From positions 3,658,001-3,722,000 of the forward strand of contig NC_043016.1 of NCBI RefSeq assembly GCF_006345805.1: 64,000 nucleotides of DNA, written 5' to 3'. Positions 52,714 to 64,000 of this stretch are shown here, piece after piece. Position numbers and translations under genes: made by a program. The notes under the pieces were generated by a model that searched no databases, was not told the DNA's origin, and worked only from the letters and a program-made list of their open reading frames with translations. Origin of the DNA: Octopus sinensis. Its lineage: Eukaryota. How positions within the stretch are numbered: position 1 is the first letter of the stretch; each line of letters starts with the position of its first letter.

Positions 52714-53131
52714 AAAGTATAAAAGCCATCTCAATATGGCTAACCACAAGATGGGGGTGTTACTGTAGCTTTTTAGCCCCAGGAGATCATCGTCTCCAAC
52801 TGGCTTTAGACACCCTTTCAGTGCCCTTGAAGTATTTGCAAAGGGAGGCCATCCCTTCCTCGCAAGCCTGAGTGATACGCACGGACCGGTTTCAAGATTA
52901 TTGTCTCTTATCAACGGGCGGTAACCACCAGGTCACGATGAAAGACAAGGCCTGCTTTGCAAATATATAAGAGTTTTTCTAGTGACGTCTGCCACTGATT
53001 TCGAAAAACTGACTGTAAGCATTATTAAATCTCAGAGCGAGATGTAAACAGTAACCGCTCGACAATGTAAAGTATAAAATCCATCTCAATGTGGCTAACC
53101 ACAAAGTGGAGGTGTTACTGTAGCTTTTTAG
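52714..53131 (-). repeat. Two copies of a ~65-bp hairpin-containing module also present at 23252-23319
   Basis: aaagtataaaagccatctcaatatggctaaccaca...gtgttactgtagcttttag at 52714-52777 and 53068-53131. Confidence 0.85.
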
Positions 53132-53849
53132 CCGTGACGTTGAGCCTGTAGAGATCTTCCCCAATGACTTTCAGCCACGAGGACTCCTCCAGGCTGCAGC
53201 TGTTACGTCAAATGAGAATAAAGCCATTGTAGGATGATTTAGCGGGAGACAGGGGTTGAAACTAATTTTCTGTAGGGGAAGTCAGCTTGGCGAAAGTTAA
53301 TCAATATCAAATTATCAACTGTAAACATTTTGAAGAATTGTGGAAGATTATAAAATGGTTGTGCGAAAGAAAATTTTAGAACAGTACTCAGTAAGGATCG
53401 CACTGGAATAGTGATGCATTTTCCACTGCGCTACAAACACTTAATGGAATTTAAATCTAATTGTAAACTTAATTTTGGATCACTTAATATTTTTGTTTAA
53501 ATTTTTGAAAACTATGCACACTTGGTTTCAGTGTTATCTTGTTAATGAGACTTGCAACTCTCGTCTAAATTACAGCTATTTGACATTATATCTCGCGTAC
53601 ATTCAAACTTAATTTGGATATCAAATTTCTATATGCCCACTCAGCTCCATTGATTGCCCTATAACCCCTACAATCAGAATGGGAAGATAAGGCAACATGA
53701 TGTGACATACATCTTCCTAGAAATGTTGTGGTTTCACAATAACTTCATCGATGCAAAACTGTTGCAATTCTTCCGGGGTCTGACTGCAGTGTAGTTAAAT
53801 ATTCACGGGGGGTGGGGGCTGCTCTTCCTGTAATTTCTTCAGGTTTCCT

Positions 53850-54000
53850 TAATATTGATTTCAAATCTTGGCACCAGGCCTGCAAGTTCGAGGTCGGTGA
53901 GGATAGGTCGATTGCATCGACCACAGTGATGAACTGAGAGTTATTCTATTGCCCGGTGTACTAACGATTCTGTCAGCTCACCATCTATTAAAAGAGTGGC
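53850..54000 (-). mobile_element. Decayed SINE (same superfamily as 701-924)
   Basis: gtcgattgcatcgac hairpin; the reverse complement of acgattctgtcagctcacc is the SINE head. Confidence 0.55.
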
Positions 54001-54331
54001 TGGCAAGCTGTTACATAGCATCGAACCCCATGCCTCTCAGAATTCGGATAAGCGCTCAGCACTATTAAGCTATGCGACCCATGACAATTTTCCTTAATAT
54101 TGAATATTTAATATTCATGCAGTTTTGTAAGTAGATATGTTTTAGTAGTAGCCAAAACAATTGCACCATCATTAAAATTTGAAGCATCACGGTAATGCTA
54201 TGTGTTAAGATATGAGATAGTCTCACCTACCTCATTTCCGGTTATATCCAACCACGTATTTTCACCATCTTCATACCTATAATTTATTTGATTTTACTCA
54301 AGCATTCCTGTTGTGAAAATTTTCTACTGAA

Positions 54332-55066
54332 GGAGGCGAACTGGTAGAAACGTTAGAGTTCAAATTCCGCCGAAGTCGACTTTGCCTTTGATCCTTTCGG
54401 GGTCGATAAATTAAGTACCAGTTACGCACTGGGGTCAATGTAATCGACTTAATACCTATGTCTGTTCTTGTTTGTCCCCTCTATGTTTAACCCCTTGTGG
54501 GTAATAAAGAAATAGGTATTTTGTCTGCCGCTGCGTTCTGAGTTCAAATTCCGCCGAGGTCGACTTTGCCTTTTATACTTTCGGGGTCGATTAAATAAGT
54601 ACCAGTTATGCACAGGGGTCGATGTAATCGACTTAATCCGTTTCTCTGTTCTTGTTTGCCGCCTCTGTGTTTAGCCCCTTATGGGTAGTAAAGAAATAGG
54701 TATTTTGTCTGCCGTTACGTTCTGTGTTCAAATTCTGCCGCGGTAGACTTTGCCTTTCATCCTTTCAGGGGGGTCGATAAATTAAGTACCAGTTACGCAC
54801 TGGGATCGATGTAATCGACTCAATCCCTTTGTCTGTCGTTGTTTGTCTCCTCTATGTTTAGCCCCTTGTGGTTAATAAAGAAATAAGAAACGTTAGCATG
54901 CCGGGAGAAATGCTTAGCAGTAAATCGTTCTGAGTTCAAATTCTGCCGAGGTCGACTTTCCCTTTCATCCTTTAGAGGGTCGGTGAATTAAGCACCAGTT
55001 GTGTACTGGGGTCGATCTAATCGACTGGCCACCTCCCCTCGAGCCTTGTGCCTAGAGCAGAAAAGG
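54332..55066 (+). mobile_element. Head-to-tail array of four SINE units
   Basis: B-box motifs at 54356, 54540, 54724 and 54932 (spacing 184, 184, 208). Confidence 0.92.
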
Positions 55067-56587
55067 ATATATTTCTACTTGTTTGATGGGAATTTTGTTA
55101 ATGCCTGACTAAATTCATTATAAGTAAGATGTCAAGATGTTATGTTTATACCACCAAACCATCTTAAAAATTAAGGGAAGACTTTGTGATTCTAGCAATT
55201 TCCTTTTTGACATTTGTTAGGAGAATGTAAAATCCAGAACTTGCTACAACAACTCATGCAAAGCAGAGCAAGCAAACAAGCCCCATCGGTTGTAAACTAG
55301 ACAGTATTTTGAATATAGCTATAAAATTTCATGATGTTATCGAATTGTAAATGTTAAACTGAAACTGGTCAAGGACAAGTCGGCAAACAGTTTTTCTGAA
55401 TACTCCGCCATTTTACCAAAGCATCGCTGTAAAACATCAAGATATATTTCCCGAAATAATATTCCAGTTTATTGTAATTTTTCTAGAGTCTCAAAATTAT
55501 TAAGTTTAATCAAAAGGAATATCAAAAATTATATGTGAATACGTAATTATAAACTCTTACGCATAAACATAAATGCATACATACCGTATTATTCTCAGTA
55601 CTTAAATATGACACAGAATAACTTATTCTTCATATGACTTTGAATGGTTTCATAAACATACACACAATTCATGCCGTCCCAGCATGGAAGGAATAGAAAA
55701 TTATATCGTGTACTTCCATTAGTGGGGTCTTAGAACCACTGTATTTTGTTTCTGGGTCGGTCTCACAGATATTATTCTAAGTTATACGAAGTTAAAGCAT
55801 GCAATATATATTTGTATATTTTATTATTTAGCTATTATGAAGAGTGTACTGCGAGGAGTAGCAGCAATTAAGCACAATGATAAATGGTCTGATGTAATGT
55901 ACTTGGCATCAGAGGGAAGCGTGTAATTTGTCCAATAAATATTCACAAGTCTGAAAATAAGACACTTGCGCAATAAGTAGTACAGTGGGTACATTAATTA
56001 TTTAATTTTATAAATATTTTGATAGAATTTGCTAATAGAAATTGTGGAGCAATATTTCAAAAAATGGCGGATGGAAGATGGGCTGACAGAAAATTAATGA
56101 ATTGCGAAACAAATAGCAAAGACGCCAAGATAAGAAGAGAAAAATATCTGAGAAATTTCACCAAGAAAATAATAGAAATATTTAAACGACCAGATTGATT
56201 ATCAAAAAATACTGTATTAACCTCTAAAAAAGAGAGAGACAATAATTTGTAAATTAGAAGAAAGAAAACGTGGAACGATTATGTAATATGATGTTTAAAA
56301 TTACCTATATAAACAACATACGTACACATGGGAGAAAAAAAGTGAGAAAAGAAGATATAAGGGAAAGAAAAATGATCGTTTTACAGTATACAAGATCATA
56401 TAATAAAGCATAAGATATAAACTTACAAGGATGCTGTATTACTTATAAAAACATTGTTCAAAATGTTAAATTTTGATACTAAATACTGCAAGAAATTTTG
56501 TTCGACTTTCCAAAGTGTGCGCCACCTTTTCGCTTTCAACAAAGCAACGGCAAAGACGATAGCAACAACAACGAAAGTAACTTCAAC

Positions 56588-56638
<51 letters not shown>

Positions 56639-56744
56639 GTAATGGACTCTTCTCCCGTAGATGACGTATGGAAATTTAGCTTTGTGCCGAACGACCTGCA
56701 CAAATGATTTGTTTTTTGAGATTACATGTATGTGTTGTACATTA

Positions 56745-56905
56745 TCTCATTCCCTTCATCAAATCGACGTTGTCTGAACAGATGTATGGTGTACTACGTG
56801 TCAGGTGTGGAGGTGATCGCAGAGCAACGTGAGATGAAGTGTTTTGCTCAAGAACGCAACACACCACCCGGTCATGGAATTGAAATCACGACCTCGAGGA
56901 AAACT
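56745..56905 (-). mobile_element. Decayed tRNA-derived SINE
   Basis: Reverse-complement match to 14345-14600; ggaattgaaatc is a B-box in reverse. Confidence 0.6.
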
Positions 56906-56915
56906 AGTTAAGAGT

Positions 56916-58372
56916 AGCAACATCACACTAGATAAAACCAATGAAATAAAAGAATTAGACCAAAGCCAAACTTAAAAATACTTAGGAATCCATGAACTAG
57001 ATAAGACACAACACACACACAAATGAAAGAGAAAATAAAAAAGGAATATTATAGACGAGTTAGATCAATACTAAAAACAGAGCTCAATGCTAAAAACAAG
57101 ATAATAGGTATTAACACTTTAGCTGTCCCAGTTATAAGTTACAGCTACAATATCCTTAACTGGACACTAAATGAACTGACTAAAATACATTGGAAAACAA
57201 GAAAAATAATGACAGGATCTAGGATGCGTCACCCAAAATCTGACATAGAAAGACTATATATACAACGTATAGGTGGTGGTAGAGGCCTTATACAGCTGGG
57301 AAACTACTATTAAATAACCACCATAGGACTGCAAAAATATCTACTTCAGAAGGGAGGAAAACTGATACAAATAGCGGCAAAACACGAGCAAAACAAAAAA
57401 CTGTTCTCAGTATTTAAGGAAGATGACAAATACAAACAAGAAGTCATACTACCTAACAAATATGAAGAAGATAAAGAAACAACAAAAGCTATAAAACAAA
57501 TGAAGTCCAAACTAAAACTAGAACAGCAAAGAACCATGATAAAACGAAGGCAAGAAAAGTCCCTTCATGGCAAGTACTGGACTAAACTAAATGCAAAAGA
57601 AATAGACAAAGAAAAATCCCAGCAATGGTTAAGAGGCTCAGGACTCAAAGCAGAGACAGAGGGATTTTTAATTGCAGCACAAGACCAAAGCCTCCCCACC
57701 AGAAATTACCAAAAACATGTAATGAAAAGAAATATAACAAGTAACTGCAGAATATGTGGAGATGGACAAGAAACAATAAATCATATTATCTCTGGCTGCC
57801 CAGTCCTGGCAAAGAAGGAATATATTCACAGACATGACAGAGTTGGGACCTACATACATTGGAAGCTATGCCAACATTATGGAATAACAACAGAAAAAAG
57901 ATGGTATAGGCACACACCAGAAAAGGTCGGGATATGCTGATACACACAAATAGAGAAATTAAGGCCAACAGACCAGATATAGTTGTCAGAGATCATGAAG
58001 AAAAAAAATGCTTTCTAATTGATGTATCAATACCAGCAGATGACAACGTGCCTCTAAAGAATGGAGAAACTTTCAAAATACTAAGACCTGGAAATAGAGG
58101 TAACCAGAATGTGGAATCTAAAAACAGAAACAATCCTATCATAGTAGGTGCATTAGGCATGATAAAAAATATTCAGACAAATACATAACAAAAAACACCA
58201 GGACTTACAAACACATATAACATACAGAAAATTGCACTGCACACATCCTACGCAGAACACTTTCCATACAATAGCCATCAGAGCATCACAACAATTCACA
58301 GCACATACCCAAGGCACACAGAGCTGCGCTCGGTAGTGAAGTGAAAGCACGCTATAAAAATAAAACTACTGT
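56916..58372 (+). mobile_element. R4/Dong-like RLE LINE, piece A (5'-truncated, 3' end intact)
   Basis: KYLGI, INTLAVPVISYS, RLYIQRIGGGRGL, CRICGDGQETINHIISGC, RHDRV, NRPDIVV..LIDVSIP and IIVGALG; ends in aataaaactactgt followed by (TAA)n. Confidence 0.92.
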
Positions 58373-58397
58373 ATAATAATAATAATAAAACAACAAC

Positions 58398-58462
<65 letters not shown>

Positions 58463-58647
58463 CAATAACAATATCAATAACAGTAACAATAACAATAATA
58501 ATAATAACAATAATGATAATGATAATGATAATGATGATAATGATGATGATGGTGGTGGTGGTGGTGGTGGCACTGTTGGAGATGATGATGATGATGATGA
58601 TGAGGATGATAATAATAATGATAATAATAATAATAATAATAATAATA

Positions 58648-58705
<58 letters not shown>
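58373..58705. repeat. In-phase compound trinucleotide tract (TAA/CAA/TGA/TGG)
   Basis: Directly visible between pieces A and B. Confidence 0.95.
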
Positions 58706-59690
58706 TGAGATTGCAAGAGGAGGAAAGCTTAGCCACATCATGGATCGATTATCGTAAGGCGTATAGAATCATCCCACATTCTTGGAATATGGAATGTATG
58801 AACCTATTTGGTATTGCATCGAATATTGAACAATCGCTTGCAAAAAGAATGGCGAATTGGAGGACAGAACTGACAGCATATGGAAGAAGTTTAGGGACAA
58901 TAGAAATCAGGAGAGACATCTTCCATAGGGACTGCCTGTCACCACTGATCTTTCTACTGTACATGATACCATTAACACTGATTCTGAAGAAACCAAAAGC
59001 TGGGTATGTATTCAAAAGCCGCCAACAAAAAGTCAACCATTTGTTATTCAAGGAGGACCTCAAACTTTATGATAAGGATGAAGCCCTAGTCAGTTCCCTC
59101 CTTCATAAGGTGTATACTTTCAGTGTTGATATCAGAATGGAGTTCGGACTGAAAAAGTGCGGTGTGTTAGTCATGGAGAGAGGGTGATTATGAAGCAGAT
59201 AGACGGGCTATAAGTACTTGGGGACATTGGAAATGGATAAATTGATGGAGAAAAAAATGACAGAAAAATTTAAGGTGAAGTACTTGTGAAAATTGAGACT
59301 GATACTTAAGTCGAAATTAAACGGACGGTATAAAATTGAAGCTATCAACACCTGGGTGGTTTCACTCCTTAGATATGGAGCAGGGGTAATCGCATGGACA
59401 GTAGACGAACTAAACAGCTTATGTAGAAAGACAAGGAATTTGGTAACTAGATATGGGATACTCCAGCCAAAAAGTGACACAGACAGACTGTATGTACCAA
59501 GAAGAAGAGGGAGAAGAGGACTGATTGGATGCGAACGCAGCATTAGAGCAGAAGAAAACAACATAGCATGGTATGTAAAAAGTGCCACAGAACCCCTATT
59601 ATTGGAAGTAAGAAGGTCAGGCTTGTCTAAGAGGGAAGACTGCAAAGTTAAAGCACTCTACAAGCACTTGAGAATGAAATAAACATAAGA
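58706..59690 (+). mobile_element. R4/Dong-like LINE, piece B (RT core to thumb)
   Basis: WIDYRKAY..PHSW, IFHRDCLSPL, NHLLFKEDLKLY, MEFGLKKC, AINTWVVSLLRY and RLYVPRRRGRRGL. Confidence 0.88.
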
Positions 59691-59729
59691 CAGACAGAGG
59701 AAAAAGATGGCTATGAATGACTATGAATG

Positions 59730-61880
59730 ACCTGATTGGATTCATGGCACCTGAATGAAGAGATGTTATGCGGTGCATGAAAGTCTAGCAGCCCAATTGA
59801 ATGAGTGTGTCCGGAAAGTACAGTCCCCGCGTGGATGGTGACTGGGAGGACAACACTTGTAAAGAAAGATAGAAGAAAGGGGAATACTGTGGGAAACTAC
59901 CGTCCCATAGCATGCTTAAACATAATCTGGAAGATACTCACTGAAATAGGTACGGCAAAGATATACACTTTCCTGGAACAGGAAGAAATACTACCAAGGG
60001 AACAAAAAGGATGTAGGAAGAGTTATCAGGGTACCAAGGGTCACCTGATCATCGATAAAACTCTTTTGAGGCATTGTAAAAAACATCATACAAACATGTC
60101 TATGGCTTGGATTGACTTTAAGAGGCAAATGATATGGTGCCTCATTCTTTAATAGGTGAATTCTTGCAGTTGTTTTGTGTTGCTGACAAGATCACAAATT
60201 TTCTGATGCATATCATGAAAGAGTGATATGTATTCCTTGGAGAAGTTAATATTAAAAGGGGAATCTTCCAAGGTGACTCGTTTCCACCGTTACTTTTTGT
60301 AATTACACTAATACCCATAACAATGACACTTAGGAAAATTAAGATGGGTTACCGATGTGGGAAGAAAGGCCCATCATTGAGCCATCTTCTGTTTATGGAT
60401 GACCTGAAGCTGTTAGGGAAATCTGAAAAACGGATAGATTCCTTAACCAAAATAGTCCAGAAGTGTGGTAGGGACATCGGTATGGAATTTGGGATTACCA
60501 AATTCTCAGTACTTAATATGAAAAGAGGGAAGAAAGCAGCCTACAGAGAATTGCGGTCACTATCAGGAGAGACCATGGGTGAACCCGACGATAGTGAGTA
60601 TAGTTATTTAGGAATTTTGGGGTTGGATGAGAAATGTAAATCAAGGTCAGCGAGGCGTATCAGCGAGGGTGAAGATGATGTTGAAATCCACCTGAATGCC
60701 AAAAATTTGATTACAGCAATGAATATCTGGGCTGTTGCGGTGGTCAGATCCAGTGCGCCCATCCTCAAATGGACTAAGTAGGAAATACCAACACTGGATA
60801 GAGGGACGAGAAAGTCGATGACGCAGCATGGAGCGCTACACCCTAAAGCAAACGTAAACAGAATGTATATGAAAAGAAAGAATGGAGGCAGAGGAATAAT
60901 TTGTATAGACCATTGTATAAGGATTGACAGGAGAACGTTTGCCGAGTATTTGATAAATAGTGATGAAAACCTGCTGCAATATGCCGCGAAAGATATGGAT
61001 GTAGCTGCGGATGAAATGATGGGCAAAGAAGAGTTTAACTAAAGAGCTGAGGAGAAGAGAAAAGAAAACCTTCTTGAAATGAGAATGCATGGACAATTTG
61101 AAAGGAACACACAAGGCGTTAAGGATAATACAGCATCGGGGGCATGGCTTGAGCGAGGTTGTTTGAAGCGAACCACCGAAAGCCTGATCGTGCCTCATAA
61201 GACCAGGCTCTCAGTACTAAGTCAGTGAAGTATAACATCTATAAAACTTCTGATACCCAGAAATGCACACTCTGTGGGAAGAGTGTGGAAAATGTGACTC
61301 ACTTAGTAAGTGGATGTGAGAGCCTTGCACAAAAAGAATACAAGCACCGCTACGATAAAGTGTGTATCTTCAATGTTCTTATGCCGTGAATACCAATATG
61401 AAGTAACAGAGAACTGATATGAGCATGTACTAAGTAAAGTTATGCAGGAGGATGGAAAAGTAACGATACTCTGAGACTATGATTTTCTGACGGATCGTGT
61501 AATCGAACACCGTCGGCCGGATATTGTCATATTGAATAAGAGAGACAAATACTGTCAGACCCTTGATGTAGCCATACCAAATGACATGAATCTTGTGAGT
61601 AAAGAAGTTGAAAATCTCACCAAGTACTTTGAATTGAAAGTGGAATTTGCAAGACTGTATAGAATACGAGAGGGTAATGTAAAAGTGATACCAGTGGTAT
61701 CCCATTGAAACTTCAAAACTTCTTAAGGCAACTTGAAATCCCATGCAAGATTGGCGTCTTGCAAAAAGCAGCCTTATTGGGCACAGTGCACAGGAACATT
61801 TTATCTGTCTGAGGTCCTCGTTGTGACTTGACAGATGACTAAAGACTCCGGCGCATTTTTACCTACACTGTGTTACGAAG

Positions 61881-61882
<2 letters not shown>
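59730..61882 (+). mobile_element. R4/Dong-like LINE, piece C (RT N-terminus to RLE and 3' UTR, decayed)
   Basis: NYRPIACLNIIWK, EQKGCRK, HLLFMDDLKL, CTLCGKSVENVTHLVSGC, HRRPDIVI; followed by (TAA)n. Confidence 0.9.
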
Positions 61883-61911
<29 letters not shown>

Positions 61912-62056
61912 GTAGTAGTAGTAGTAGTAGTAATAGTAGTAGTAGTAGTGGTGGTGGTGGTGGTGGTGGTGATGATGATGATGATGATGATAATGATAAT
62001 GATGATGATGATGAGGAGGAGGGGGTGATGATGATGATGATGATAATAATAATAAT
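61883..62056. repeat. In-phase TAA>TAG>TGG>TGA>TAA compound tract
   Basis: Directly visible at the 3' end of piece C. Confidence 0.95.
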
Positions 62057-62096
62057 CAAAATGCGATCATTTTGCATTCGAACAACGTCCTGACCA

Positions 62097-62904
62097 TCTC
62101 TCTCTATATATAAACGGCAGTTTGTCTGTCTGTGTGTCTGTGTGTCTGTCAGGTTGTACCCTCACCCTGACCACGGCTTTCAACCGATTCTGATGAAACT
62201 TGACACACACATAGCCCAATGTCATAATTGAAAACTAACGCAGCGAAAATTTTGAAAAGTTCCCCCAGTTCTGAAAAAAATCAATAAATTCGACATGGGT
62301 CGAGAATCTAAGCTTTTTAAATGCAACACATTTTCTACAGACTGTCTAGGGAACGCAACTCGACCTTTTTAACTCTCGGAACACGTGGGCTAAGTATCCC
62401 AAAATGTATAAAAATGTACAAAAACGGCAAAAAAGCAGGCAGCAATGTGAGTGACAACAACAAAAAAGTCAAAAGTGGCCAAACTGAACAAACGAATGGA
62501 AAAGGTTTTTTGGTGCACACGACAAAAGCGGTTTATAAGAAACCAAGAGTTTGCAAGTAGCGTCCGAGGACCCTTAGAGTACGTCAAAAATTTAAGGTAA
62601 AGCGTTTGGGGTGGTAGTTATAAAGAAAGTGTAAACAAAAAATGTATTCGAATAACTTGCGGCTGCAGCAGCTATTAGCAGAAGTGGCGGTGTTGGGGGT
62701 AAAGTCTCGAATGTAATTTCTTCCTGGTAGGAATTGGTTGGGTTGAATTATCGAATGCTGTTTGATAGTTATTTGGGAGTGAAGAGAAGACATTGCAACC
62801 TACACATGCGCCTTCGATCCCTAGAGGGAAAGGACTAGATTGGGATTAGTCGTTGCCTACTAGGGGCTCTTACATACCCGGGCAACACCGGGCTATGCTG
62901 CTAG
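62097..62904 (+). mobile_element. Complete non-autonomous Helitron (~808 bp)
   Basis: Inserted between A(62096) and T(62905); 5' TC; 3' hairpin cccgg-gcaaca-ccggg (62877-62892) followed by CTAG; aaccgattctgatgaaacttg motif; no TSD. Confidence 0.88.
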
Positions 62905-63239
62905 TCTGTAATGAATTCTCAACAGCATGCTTTCGATATTGGAGATATCAAATTCTTCTAAAATGTTGACATTTGATACCTTATCTTGCCATTATATGTT
63001 GCAGATATTGCGCAGACAACACATGTGAAAGGCTTCGAGTTTCTTTATATGTCAGCAGTAGGGTGTTCTTGCTTCTGCTCTATACAAAAAGTGTGCTCAA
63101 TGAACAGGGCTTGTATACACTTATTTTAGTTTTTAGGCTGACACTGTGTTCATCCTACAAACGACAGGAAAGTTTTTCGAAAGCACGTGTAGCCTTAGAT
63201 ATTCTAACATTAATTTCATGAAGATAACTCTTAAAGTTA

Positions 63240-64000
63240 GCTGTATTCCAAAATATTTAAATGACATTATTCATTTGAGTGAATATTATCAATCATAGCA
63301 TTAAGATCTTGAGTATGTTCCATCCCACGCTTTGGTTGGAATAAAACTCCAGTCTTCTTAATGTTGATGATTATCTCAAATGCACGAGGTGCCACACCAA
63401 AGCTGTCAAATATTTCCTGAAATCTTTGAAAGCGCAAGAAATCAAAATGCAAACAGCAGTAAACAAAAAGCCTCGTAGAATCTCATTCCCTGGTCCTTTC
63501 TTTTGATCCGAAGCTTTACCCATTTTGTTTTTGTATACCTCCGTCTGTGCGACTCTGAAATTTTGTTTCTTCATAGTAATTCCTAAAAGCATGTTGGAAC
63601 GTTATCGAAAAGAAACATTATAGTAAAGAGTACAAGAGCGAAAATACAGGCTTGTTTAGTTCCAGTGGAACATAAAATGCCCCTGACCGTTAAACATATT
63701 ACTGTGGCCATAATTCCTTCGTGCAAAAATGCAATTACACTTATCATTTTATCAGGATGGCCAACTTTTGACAAAATTTTCCAGAGTGCCTCACGATTCA
63801 CTGTATCAAAGTCCTTGGTAAAGTTGGCAAGTTGGCAAAGTCCTTGGTCAAGTTGGCAAAGACCAAATACAAGTCACTATTTTGCTCACTTCATTTTCTC
63901 GAACTTACCTAAGGGCAAAAATCATGCCAGTTGTGCCTCTCTTAGCCCTAAAATCACATTGGAATAGATTATAAGCTGTTTACTAAATGCCTAGTGATGC
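63240..64000 (-). mobile_element. Old RTE-like RT fragment, running off the window end
   Basis: DFTKDFDTVNREALWKIL and GTKQACIFALVLFTI (cf. GVKQGCVLAPTLF). Confidence 0.7.

Noticed and set aside
54332-55066. CRISPR-like array or tRNA gene cluster
   Set aside because: Units are ~184-bp diverged SINE copies with no repeat-spacer structure and no full cloverleaf; the context is eukaryotic.
55231-55310. ENVKSRTCYNNSC, faintly TSP1-like, after a ttgttag acceptor
   Set aside because: No good donor and too short to distinguish from chance.

Overview
Repeat-saturated, AT-rich eukaryotic genomic DNA with no securely identifiable host gene. The SINE families and microsatellite load resemble octopus (cephalopod) DNA; that species call is from recall, not a search. 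Contents: two Tx1/L1-type LINEs (3.9-8.7 kb, 5'-truncated; 15.7-21.0 kb, 3'-truncated) whose 5' junctions both abut (TATC)n; an ORF1-only relative of them on the minus strand (37.1-38.8 kb); a near full-length RTE LINE (46.0-49.9 kb) with a 12-bp TSD and an inverted 5' end; a head-to-tail cluster of three R4/Dong-like RLE LINE pieces associated with (TAA)n tracts (56.9-61.9 kb); a Neptune-type Penelope fragment; three decayed Tc1/mariner elements (one DD37D maT-type, two mariner-type); one complete non-autonomous Helitron; tRNA-type SINEs including a 4-unit tandem array; a 1.38-kb tandem duplication; several foldback palindromes; and many microsatellites. All TE ORFs carry disablements. Most short ORFs in the supplied track are microsatellite artefacts. 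No rRNA, tRNA gene or CRISPR array was seen. The best leads are apparent (TATC)n target specificity of the Tx1-like family, a twin-priming-type 5' inversion in an RTE element, and the ORF1-only element with an intron-like leader.
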